Source: Macrostomum lignano
Taxonomy: Eukaryota
DNA length: 64,000 nt
Assembly (NCBI GenBank): GCA_002269645.1
Contig: NIVC01000571.1
Location: 62,001-126,000 of the forward strand
Reading direction: 5' to 3'
Position numbers and translations under genes: made by a program. Under the pieces are notes generated by a model. It saw nothing but the letters and a program-made list of their open reading frames with translations. It was not told the origin of the DNA and did not search any database. Positions 1-11,175 of the stretch are shown in pieces. Numbering within the stretch: position 1 is the stretch's first letter; each line of letters starts with the position of its first letter.

Positions 1-706
1 GGGGGGGTGGCCGAGATGAGGAGCTGCGAGCGGCGGCCGAGGACGCAATTTCTTAGAAACGCCCTCCGCCCAAACTTTTTCCGGTCTCCGGCAGGGCCTG
101 AGGCCGAGGGTCCGCAACTGGAGAGGGGATGCAGAGGAAGGAGAGGCAGGGAGGTGAAACTGAGTTTTAAATCAGCGAGCTGGAGACCAGCAGAGTTGCT
201 AACCGACTGCGGTGAAAGCGGAGCAGTTTTTTGATTGATGCAGGGGGTTCTCGAAACGGCCAGAAGCCGGGATAAACCGCGCTCAAATTCTGATTGCCTG
301 TGGCATAAAAAAGTTACTAAAGAGTTTGTGAAGACGCTCCGCATGACATGCAAATCTTCTTAGTGTGAACGGGCAAGATCAAAGCCAATCTTTTTTTTCT
401 GTCATTGTGCATCATTGTTGACTAGATTAGCAATCCATTTTATTGATTTATTGGTGTCCCATGCATTAGCACCCAGTACATTCCCATGTAAATATTTGAT
501 TAATTTTACTTTAGCGAAGCTGTCGCATGCCTTCCTCTGCGTTGAGTTGGCGAATTCAAGTCTGTCTGGTTGATTTCTGAGTGCGCTGTCATCTGGTTAA
601 AGTACTTTCTGCACGACAGTTATTTTCTGAATGTAGTCACTCCGTGTCCTCCAAGTGAACCCGGCCGCTTGATTGCAGTGATGTGGCTCCCTTGCCGCCT
701 CCGCAG

Positions 707-1951
707 GTTGTGGCCATCATCTCCATCCTGTTCATCGTGCTGTCCACGGTCGGCCTGACGCTCAACACCATCCCGGAGCTGCAGCTGAACCAGACGAAGG
801 TGGTGGGCACCAACAGCAGCGCGCAGGTTGTGTGGAGCCTGGAGGACAACCCCCGCCTGGAGATTGTGGAGGCCGTCTGCATCGTGTGGTTCACCCTGGA
901 GTACGTGCTGCGCCTCTGGGCCTCGCCTGACACCTGCAAGTTCCTGAAGGGCCCGATGAACGTGATCGACCTGATCGCCATCGTGCCCTACTACCTGTCC
1001 CTCATCCTCATGCGCAGCCTCCAGGACGATAGCGGCGGCGAGTCCTACAACTCGCTGACCTCGGTGCGCAAGATCGTCCAGATCTTCCGCATACTGCGCA
1101 TCCTGCGGGTGCTGAAGCTCGCGCGCCACTCCACCGGCCTGCAGTCGCTGGGCTACACGCTGCGGCGCAGCTACAAGGAGCTCGGCCTGCTCATCATGTT
1201 CGTCCTGCTCGGCGTGCTGCTCTTCTCCAGCCTCGCCTACTTCGCCGAGAAGGACGAGCCGGGCGAGGGCGACCGGCCCAACCCGTTTAAGTCGATTCCC
1301 GCCACCTTCTGGTGGGCCGCCATCACCATGACAACCGTTGGCTACGGCGACATCGTGCCGAAGACCTTCCTGGGCAAGCTGGTGGGCAGCGTCTGCTGCA
1401 TCTGCGGCGTGCTGGTGGTGGCGCTGCCCATCCCCATCATCGTGAACAACTTCGCCGAGTACTACAAGGAGCAGTCTCGCCGGGAAAAGGCCCAGCGCCG
1501 CATGGAGGCCATCGATGCCGCCAAGCGGAAAGGCAGCCTCATCTCCGTCGCCTCAGTGGCTGGCATCAGGCGCCGCGCCAGCCACGAGAGCGGCAGCGCC
1601 GGCGGCGGCGCCTCCACTGCAACCGGGCCCGCCATCGGCCCGGACAGGGTCAGCGGTGGCAGCTCCGGCGGCTGCTCGGATCGGCACCACCAGCAGCACC
1701 TGCTGCAGCACCAGCATCACCAGCACCACCAGCACCATCAGCACCATCAGCACGAGCTGGAGCCGCTGGTCTGCTTCCAGAACCCTGTGGCTGGCCGGGG
1801 GGTCGCCGAAGACTCTGCTGGCGAAATCGGGACGACCGGGTCGCTTGAATTGGCCGACGGGGGACGCGAGCTCAGGACCTCCTGGCTACGGAGCGGCCGC
1901 CTGGGCCCAGCGAACCAGCAGCAGGCGACAGCGGCAAGTCTCGGTGCAGCG
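707..1951 (+). CDS. Shab: Voltage-gated K+ channel of the Kv2/Shab family, internal exon encoding S1-S6, the pore and the proximal C-terminus (T1-domain exons lie upstream of the window)
   Basis: Acceptor ccgcag|GTT at 706/707. Translation contains S4 [22 protein letters not shown], pore TMTTVGYGD, and S6 [18 protein letters not shown], all Kv2-type. Phase-0 donor GCG|gtgagg at 1951/1952; the unspliced frame stops at 1969. Confidence 0.95.
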
Positions 1952-2084
1952 GTGAGGGTCGCTGACTGAATGGCTTTGGGAGCGAATTGCTCGGCCTGGA
2001 CTCGAGCCGAGGTCTTCTAGGGCAGGGAAAACATACTCCGCCCTGCCACAACCCCCCATTAACAAGTGCCTCCCTGATTTCCAG

Positions 2085-2738
2085 GAAATTCTCTACATCG
2101 ACTCCGAGGACGAAAACTGCCGCGGCGCCTCGCGCTTTCAGCAGCATCAGCAGCCACAATCGCAGCAGCAACAGCAGCTGCTGCCCAGCCGCGAGTCCAG
2201 CCTCACCAGGAGCCTCAGCTCAGCAGCAGCCGCAGCCGCAGCGGCCGCAGCCGGCCGGACAGCAGGCCTGGCCAGCCACAGCCACAGCCTGGCCAGCTCG
2301 GACAGCTTTCTCACCTGCAACAGCCACGCGCCGAGCTCGCCGGTGGAGCCGCCGCAGCCGCAGCCACCGCCAGGTCCGCCGGCCAGCAGCGGCCACAGGG
2401 ACCGCAGCGACTCCTCGGCCACGGCCACCACCTGCTCGACCGCGGTGGCGCCGGGCCGGTCCAACAACCAGAGCCCCAGCCTGTCCCTGAGCCCGCCAGC
2501 TGTCCCGCCTGCCAGCAGTCGCCGGTGCCACCGCAGCGGCTGCCGCCTCGGCGAGAGAAAATCCACTTCGCCGCCGAGGACGAGGAGCTGCAGACGCCAC
2601 CGCCGCAGTCGACGTCGCCGATGTCGCCGCTGCAGCCGCCGCTGCCGCCGGCGGGCCAGCCGAAGAAGAAGCCGACCCTGCGGGAGCGATTCAAGAACTC
2701 CGCCAAGAAAGAGCTGCAGGTGACGGCGGACTCGCCAG
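2085..2738 (+). CDS. Shab: Kv2/Shab C-terminal exon with a PRC-like motif; needs +1 nt near 2558-2561
   Basis: Acceptor ttccag|GAA at 2084/2085 is in phase with the 1951 donor and gives EILYIDSEDE...SLASSDSFLTCNS. After the A-run at 2558-2561 the protein-like frame (KIHFAAEDEELQ...KKKPTLRERFKNSAKKELQ) is shifted by one base. Donor CCAG|gtaaga at 2738/2739. Confidence 0.7.
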
Positions 2739-3381
2739 GTAAGAGGCGAGAAGCTGTGGGCAGTTCTGCAACTCGAGCTCAGGTTCGATTCGGCATCTCA
2801 CGCTGATTGGGGCGGCTGAGCGAGTTCGTGCACTTTTCCTGCCCCCATATATTTATCATGTTCACATTTGAGTGCTTTTGAGCCCGATCTTAACTGACTA
2901 ACTTCGCTCGTCTGCCTGCCGCCTGCGTCTGCTTCTAAAAGCAGAGTTTGAGTTTGAGCTGCTCACGGACTGCTTAATTAGCAGCGCGCCACGCCTCCAA
3001 TTCGCGGAAAATTTACAACAAAACTTGCCAAACCGCGTTCGCGTTGCCAGCGGCGCATTGGCGAGATGTGGAACGCGAGCTGTTCCGCTTTATAGCACGC
3101 AATCTGCGCATTTTTCACTTGCTGCGCTTTTGAGAGTTGCAAATCCAGCGAAAACGCTTGTTTTTGCAAGTTTATTTCTGTGAAACTGCGCTTCCCATAA
3201 CCGTAAAAAATTTTTTGGAAACAATTTTTTCAAATTCTAACGCCAGATACTTCTCGGTAAGTTCTGTCTACCGCAGCCTGCCCGCCACCGCCCTCCCAAT
3301 TTCATGTCGCCGCCAACCTCAGAGAGAAAATCTTTGCTGGGCAGACGCAACCCGACAGCCTTCGTTTGAGGTATCGAAGCA

Positions 3382-4186
3382 GTGAGAGACAGCTACAGGC
3401 ACTGTCAGCACAGTCTAGTAGGTAGTGATAGACAGCTACAGACACTGTCAGCACAGTCTAGTAGGCAGTGATAGACAGCTACAGGCACTGTCAGCACAGT
3501 CTAGTAGGCAGTGATAGACAGCTACAGGCACTGTCAGCACAGTCTAGTAGGCAGTGATAGACAGCTACAGGCACTGTCAGCACAGTCTAGTAGGTAGTGA
3601 TAGACAGCTACAGGCACTGTCAGCACAGTCTAGTAGGCAGTGATAGACAGCTACAGGCACTGTCAGCACAGTCTAGTAGGTAGTGATAGACAGCTACAGG
3701 CACTGTCAGCACAGTCTAGTAGGCAGTGATAGACAGCTACAGGCACTGTCAGCACAGTCTAGTAGGCAGTGATAGACAGCTACAGGCACTGTCAGCACAG
3801 TCTAGTAGGCAGTGATAGACAGCTACAGGCACTGTCAGCACAGTCTAGTAGGTAGTGATAGACAGCTACAGGCACTGTCAGCACAGTCTAGTAGACAGTG
3901 ATAGACAGCTACAGGCACTGTCAGCACAGTCTAGTAGGTAGTGATAGACAGCTACAGACACTGTCAGCACAGTCTAGTAGGCAGTGATAGACAGCTACAG
4001 GCACTGTCAGCACAGTCTAGTAGGCAGTGATAGACAGCTACAGGCACTGTCAGCACAGTCTAGTAGGCAGTGATAGACAGCTACAGGCACTGTCAGCACA
4101 GTCTAGTAGACAGTGATAGACAGCTACAGGCACTGTCAGCACAGTCTAGTAGGCAGTGATAGACAGCTACAGGCACTGTCAGCACA
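3382..4186. repeat. 43-bp minisatellite, about 19 copies
   Basis: Unit gtgatagacagctacaggcactgtcagcacagtctagtaggca. Confidence 0.95.
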
Positions 4187-4619
4187 GTGCACGAGTAGTA
4201 GGCAACTTTCCTCTCTATCTACTCTTACCTGCACTAGCAGTAAACAGTTTCATAGAAATGCTCAACTATTCGAGTTATTTTTTACTTTTCTGAATGCCGT
4301 GGAAATGCTTTTCTTTGTCAGCGAGTTCAGGCTGTGCAGCACCCTGAGCACTCCTTCCCAGTGATTTAATAATGAACTGTTGTGGCCTGCATTTCATTTG
4401 TAGCAGTTCAGACATTTTTTATCTCACCTTGCGATACCTCGATGACAAATCCCAGGTAATGAGGCTGCTAGTTGCTAAGTAGTTTTTCACTTTGGTTCAT
4501 TAAATTAGTATAGTTTGAATTCGCAGTATTTTCTGTGTAGGAATGAATGTTTTACTACTTTTGCATGTCTTTGACTGAACCCATTGTCATTTTTAGCACC
4601 AACAACACTCCCCACCACT

Positions 4620-5128
4620 CCCGTTTCACTTTCACCACCCCATCTCACTCTCATCACCTCCATCTCACTCTCACCGCCCCCATCTCACTCTCACCACCTC
4701 CATCTCACTCTCACCGCCTCCATCTCATTCTCACCGCCTCCATCTCACTCTCACCGCCCCCATCTCACTCCCACCACCCCATCTCACTCTCACCACCCCC
4801 ATCTTACTCCCACCACCCCATCTCACTCTCACCACCTCCATCTAACTCTCACCACCTCCATCTCACTCCACCACCCCCATCTCACTCTCACCACCCCCAT
4901 CTCACTCTCACCACCCCCATCTCACTCTCACCACCTCCATCTCACTCTCACCACCTCCATCTCACTCTCACCACCCCCATCTCACTCTCACCACCTCCAT
5001 CTCACTCTCACCACCCCCATCTCACTCTCACCACCCCCATCTCACTCTCATCGCCTCCATCTAACTCTCACCACCCCATCTCACTCTCACCACCCCCATC
5101 TCACTCTCACCACCCCCATCTCACTCTC
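4620..5128. repeat. About 20-bp pyrimidine-rich minisatellite
   Basis: Unit catctcactctcaccacc(c/t)c. Confidence 0.9.
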
Positions 5129-5965
5129 GCCTATCTGAACGCAGGCAGCCGCAGGCGGTTTTTTGACCGGCCGCTGCCCGTCTCTTGCGGCCAAGGCAGC
5201 AGATTCGGCCGCCCATTAGCGCCACCGCAGTGTCAGGCCCTCTCATTCCATGTTTCTTTTTTCTTGCCTTCAACCGGCCCGGCTTGTCCCGCCGGGCAGC
5301 AGCCTGTGGCAGCCGGGCTGACAAATCGCGCCGCCCTCGAGGAGGCAGCAGCCGTCTGGCCACCAGATGAGGCGCTGGGGGCGCTGGGCTCGGACTCGAC
5401 CCCAGCCCAGCCGCCCCCGAACAGCCCAGCAGTTGCTTTAGCGCTGGTCTCGAGCAGCTGATTAATCATGCCCGCCCTTGTTATCGAGAGACCCGGGGCT
5501 GCCGGAGGGTCTGCCGGATTCCCTGACTTTGAGAGGCGGCTTCTTCAGAGCTGCAGCTGCATCAATTGCCGGCCTGGCTGAGAAAAATGATAATTCTCTC
5601 CCCTCAGAGGGCGAGCGGCAGCTCAGCTGGCCGGCAAATTTACTGCCAGCGAATGTGGCTGCAGTTGCAAAGAGTGCAGGACTCTGGGCCTCCCGCCCGG
5701 AACCAGACGGAACCGGGGGGGGGGGGGCGCAGCAGCCCTCAGTCCTCTCGCAAGCTCGCGCTGGGGCCAACCTCAGTCAAGTGCAGCGCAGACTTTTATA
5801 TTTAAAATACTGCAGCTTGAGCATGAGTTCTAATTCTTATCGTCAACCTGTTAGTTTACTGCTCTACTCTGTTTAAACTGCTCCGCAAATTTATTTAATG
5901 AATCAAATTTTTCTTTTAGATATCTGAAAATCTCTTTTATACAGGCAGGTAGACACTAAAGCACT

Positions 5966-6510
<545 letters not shown>

Positions 6511-6576
6511 CTCAGCCATCTGTGTCCATCTGTTTCCTCTTCTGAGAATTCATTCCCATGCACTTTCACTCCCCAG

Positions 6577-6861
6577 CTCTCCTCCCATCTTCCCCAAACT
6601 CGCCGCTACCAACCCCCAGAGTCCAAGCGCCTCCTGCCGAGATCCGCCGCGGCCACCTCGCCAACCTCGGCGACCCCCAGCCCCGAGTTGCCCCGAGCCC
6701 CCGCGGCCCAGCAGCCGCCCCAGCAGCACAGTATCCTGAAGAACAAGGACTCAACACCGCCAGCCAGGATGGAGGCAATAGTTGAAGACCTGTCCAGCCT
6801 CACCGGGCTGCATCAGCTGGACTCTGGCCTGTCTGAGGCGGCCAGCGAAGCCGCTCCGTGA
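6577..6861 (+). CDS. Possible terminal coding exon of the Kv2 gene
   Basis: Acceptor actccccag| at 6576. The open GC-rich frame reads LSSHLPQ...QQHSILKNKDS...LDSGLSEAASEAAP*, followed by a donor gcag|gtaaat just after the stop. Phase linkage to the 2738 donor is unresolved and may need an intermediate exon near 5145-5460. Confidence 0.35.
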   Translation, partial: LSSHLPQTRRYQPPESKRLLPRSAAATSPTSATPSPELPRAPAAQQPPQQHSILKNKDSTPPARMEAIVEDLSSLTGLHQLDSGLSEAASEAAP

Positions 6862-7365
6862 CCCCGCAGGTAAATGCCCTGTTGCCCTCTTGATTCGATG
6901 CATCCAGACAGACAGACAGGTATAAAACTGCGAAGTCTGCCGCAGCCGCCAAACCTGTTCTTTTTCTTCGGGAGCGAAATGGCGGAAGCGCGAAATGGCC
7001 TCCACTGCCCCAGCCGCCAGAGGGGAATCAGCTGCGACGGGCGGAAGTATCTCGTGGTAAAAGTACAAGTGGCGAGCGCCGCAGCTGCGCACTCCGCTGT
7101 CTGGCTGCCCGCCCGAGCGTTTTTTCGATGACCTTTCGATGAAACTTCAGCCGTCTTTGCCACCCGCTGACGACAGCGCGGCCTTCTTGTAGGAAATCCC
7201 CGACTCGCAACTGTTGCGCTAGTTCAGCCGTCCGTGCCATGCTACTTGTTAGTAGTGTGCTTGCAATTTTCACATTTCAAGACCCAAACTGAGAGCAGAT
7301 TATTGAATTAATTACTGGCAATGGTCCTTCATATACTCTGCTGTCTGTCATGGACAATCATAAAG

Positions 7366-8330
7366 GTCCTCGGTAGAATGGTTCTCGGTAGAATGGCCCT
7401 CGGTAGAATGTTCCTTGGTAGAATAGTCTTGGTAGAATGATCGTCGGTAGAATGGTTCTCGGTAGAATGGCCCTCGGTAGAATGTTCCTCGGTAGAATAG
7501 TCTTGGTAGAATGATCGTCTGTAGAATGGTCCTCGGTAGAATGGTCCTCGGTAGAATGTTTCTCGGTAGAATGACCCTCGGTAGAATGGTCCTCGGTAGA
7601 ATGTTTCTCGGTAGAATGTTTCTCGGTAGAATGTTTCTCGGTAGAATGTTTCTCGGTAGAATATTTCTCGGTAGAATGGCCCTCAGTAGAATGTTTCTCG
7701 GTAGAATGTTTCTCGGTAGAATGTTTCTCGGTAGAATGGCCCTCGGTAGAATGGCCCTCGGTAGAATGTTTCTCGGTAGAATGTTTCTCGCTAGAATGGT
7801 CCTCGGTAGAATGTTCCTCGGTAGAATGGTCCTTGGTAGAATGGTCCTCGGTAGAATGGCCCTCGGTAGAATGTTTCTCGGTAGAATGGCCCTCGGTAGA
7901 ATGTTTCTCGGTAGAATGGCCCTCGGTAGAATGGCCCTCGGTAGAATGTTTCTCGGTAGAATGGCCCTCGGTAGAATGGCCCTCGGTAGAATGTTTCTCG
8001 GTAGAATGTTTCTCGCTAGAATGGTCCTCGGTAGAATGTTCCTCGGTAGAATGGTCCTTGGTAGAATGGTCCTCGGTAGAATGATCCTCAGTAGAATGTC
8101 CTCGGTAGAATGTTCCTCGGTAGAATGTTTCTCGGTAGAATGTTTCTCGGTAGAATGGTCCTTGGTAGAATGTTTCTCGGTAGAATGGCCCTCGTTAGAA
8201 TGTTTCTCGGTAGAATGGCCCTCGTTAGAATGTTTCTCGGTAGAATGGCCCTCGGTAGAATGGTCCTCGGTAGAATGGTCCTCGGTAGAATGTTTCTCGG
8301 TAGAATGGTCCTCGGTAGAATGGTCCTCGA
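7366..8330. repeat. 15-bp minisatellite
   Basis: Unit ctcggtagaatg(ttt/gtc/gcc). Confidence 0.95.
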
Positions 8331-8707
8331 TAGGTCGTCTAATCAAAACTAATAGGTTAACGAGCCTGAACAGCACACACGGATACAGACGCGTTTTCAT
8401 ATTTGAACTTCAGAACCAGCCGCCGCTGCCACAGCCGCCCTTGCCGTTGCCGCCCCTTGCAGCCGAGTCGCATTCGACCCGCACAAACCGAGTCGAATCT
8501 GCCCCGACACCCCAACTCCTCTGCACCTGCTCTGCACTGCTCGGCCGCATTAAGGCACTCCAGCGAATGAATAAAAACTCTTTGAATCAAAGCCACCACA
8601 ACGAATGCCTCTTGTTTGGTGCTGATTGAAGCGACTTTTTGTATTCACCGAATCTGAACTTTAGCCTCAATTGGCACACAAAAGCAAGTGCCTGCGATTG
8701 AGAGGAC

Positions 8708-9960
8708 ACAGCATCCTGCCGTTAGGCCACAGCAGTGCTCGGTGTGGGTTGGGGCACTGTCCATCCTACCGTTAGGCCACAGCAGTGCTTGATGTGGGTT
8801 GGGGCACAGCGCATCCTGCCGTTAGGCCACAGCAGTGCTCGGTGTGGGTTGGGGCACAGCGCGTCCTACCGTTAGGCCACAGCAGTGCTCGGTGTGGGTT
8901 GGGGCACAGCGCGTCCTACCGTTAGGCCACAGCAGTGCTTGATGTGGGTTGGGGCACAGCGCATCCTGCCGTTAGGCCACAGCAGTGCTCGGTGTGGGTT
9001 GGGGCACTGTCCATCCTACCGTTAGGCCACAGCAGTGCTTGATGTGGGTTGGGGCACAGCGCATCCTGCCGTTAGGCCACAGCAGTGCTCGGTGTGGGTT
9101 GGGGCACAGCGCATCCTGCCGTTAGGCCACAGCAGTGCTTGATGTGGGTTGGGGCACAGCGCGTCCTACCGCTAGGCCACAGCAGTGCTCGGTGTGGGTT
9201 GGGGCACAGCGCGTCCTACCGTTAGGCCACAGCAGTGCTCGGTGTGGGTTGGGGCACAGCGCATCCTGCCGTTAGGCCACAACAGTGCTTGATGTGGGTT
9301 GGGGCACAGCGCATCCTGCCGTTAGGCCACAGCAGTGCTCGGTGTGGGTTGGGGCACAGCGCGTCCTACCGTTAGGCCACAGCAGTGCTCGGTGTGGGTT
9401 GGGGCACAGCGCGTCCTACCGTTAGGCCACAGCAGTGCTCGGTGTGGGTTGGGGCACAGCGCGTCCTACCGTTAGGCCACAGCAGTGCTCGGTGTGGGTT
9501 GGGGCACAGCGCATCCTACCGTTAGGCCACAGCAGTGCTCGGTGTGGGTTGGGGCACTGTCCATCCTACCGTTAGGCCACAGCAGTGCTTGATGTGGGTT
9601 GGGGCACAGCGCGTCCTACCGTTAGGCCACAGCAGTGCTCGGTGTGGGTTGGGGCACAGCGCGTCCTACCGTTAGGCCACAGCAGTGCTCGGTGTGGGTT
9701 AGGGCACAGCGCATCCTACCGTTAGGCCACAGCAGTGCTCGGTGTGGGTTGGGGCATAGCGCATCCTACCGTTACTTACTTACTTACTAACTACTGACGG
9801 GGGGCGCAGGCGCCGCGAATAGGCCGCGAGGCCCCTATCGCAACCCCAAGGTAAAAGAGCGCATCCTACCGTTAGGCCACAGCAGTGCTCGGTGTGGGTT
9901 GGGGCACAGCGCATCCTACCGTTAGGCCAACAGCAGTGCTCGGTGTTGGGTGGGGCACAA
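8708..9960. repeat. 50-bp minisatellite interrupted by a retroposon fragment
   Basis: Unit gcatcctgccgttaggccacagcagtgctcggtgtgggttggggcacagc. Confidence 0.95.
9775..9857 (-). mobile_element. 5'-truncated non-LTR retroposon/SINE 3' end with a (TAAG)n tail
   Basis: 83 unrelated bases inside the 50-bp array, flanked by agcgcatcctaccgtta at 9758-9774 and 9858-9874. On the minus strand it is a GC-rich segment ending in TAAG repeats. Confidence 0.6.
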
Positions 9961-10477
9961 CACTCGTGTGGGTGCCAACAATGGCTGATGATGCATGATT
10001 AAGCAACTGCATTCTATGGGATATTAGGATTTAGAAGTTTTAATTGACTGAAGTACACAGTGTACTATTACCGGCAGTGTCCCGTGCACCTGCTCTTACT
10101 CCGAATATCTCGAATCATTGCATAGCAGCAGCACTGCAACACAAGACAGTATTAACTCACTCACGTGTAACTGTAACTAGAGTCTGCTATCAACTCCTTC
10201 CTACCTGCTAACCAGCTGGCAGGTGAGCAGTGCTCGGCCAACCAGATCTGTGACTCGTGCGGAATTGCATAAGTTTTAAATTTGCTTAATGAGCTCTGGA
10301 CGATTTGAATATTGCTATTTTGTCAGAATTCGCGCAGTCATGCACTGACAGGTATTCGAATGTATTCACACACTCTGTACTAAAATATTCGTATTTGGCA
10401 AATATATTCGCTCCCTTCCGATGCAAAATTGACCCAGAATGCTTGGGCGAAGTCGCTTCTTTTCATTGTGGCCGTTC

Positions 10478-10650
10478 TGACTGGAGTTGTACTGGTGCCA
10501 AGGTCCAATGCAGCCATTTTGACTGGAGTTGTACTGGTGCCAAGCTCCAATGCAGCCATTCTCACTGGAGTTGTACTGGTGCCAAGCTCCAATGCAGCCA
10601 TTCTGACTGGAGTTGTACTGGTGCCAAGCTCCAATGCAGCCATTCTCACT
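10478..10650. repeat. 42-bp repeat, 4 copies
   Basis: Unit ctgactggagttgtactggtgccaagctccaatgcagccatt. Confidence 0.9.
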
Positions 10651-11046
10651 AGAGTCATCCTCACAGCATCCTCACTGCATCCTCCCTCACAGCATCCTCA
10701 CAGCGTAAATTTTAGCAAGACAAAGATGAATTTGTCAGGAAAGAATGTCCCAGCCCACAGGTGTTCGCTGGCAGGAAGCTGGTCTCCATTATTTCACTGC
10801 GATTGCATGAAAGTTTCAGCCAGCGCAGCAGACAATGGTAAATGTGTGTCTTGGGCTGCTTTCAGGATGCCTACGAGCCTAGAAATTCGCACGATTTCCG
10901 CTATGGCGCCCCAGAAGGGACTGGCAGGCAGGAATCAGGCCGTTTCCGAAGAAAGACGAAAGCGAATTGCTTCAATGCCGATCAAAATGATGGAGCTGGA
11001 AGGCTGGGAAGGTCATGAAAGCCCAGCTAGAACGCAGGGTGGAATC

Positions 11047-11060
11047 GTCTCCATGGAAAC
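11047..11060. promoter_or_regulatory. X-box (RFX binding site)
   Basis: GTCTCCATGGAAAC matches the X-box consensus, about 115 bp upstream of the ATG at 11176. Confidence 0.55.
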
Positions 11061-11175
11061 GAACAGAGAAACAATATGCCAATAAATGCGTTTCAACCCA
11101 AACTCTCCGCATGGCATCTGGTCAAGAAAAAATAACCACAGAAACATTCGCCAGCAACTGCCAAGACATCCGAGA

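Noticed and set aside
8415-8629. Possible additional Kv2 coding exon (NQPPLPQPP...)
   Set aside because: All three frames of the preceding candidate exon stop before its donor at 6870, so this would at best be UTR.
10429-11085. ORF with a hydrophobic, signal-like 14-aa repeat
   Set aside because: It starts at TTG, is built from the 42-bp repeat, and the remainder is not protein-like.
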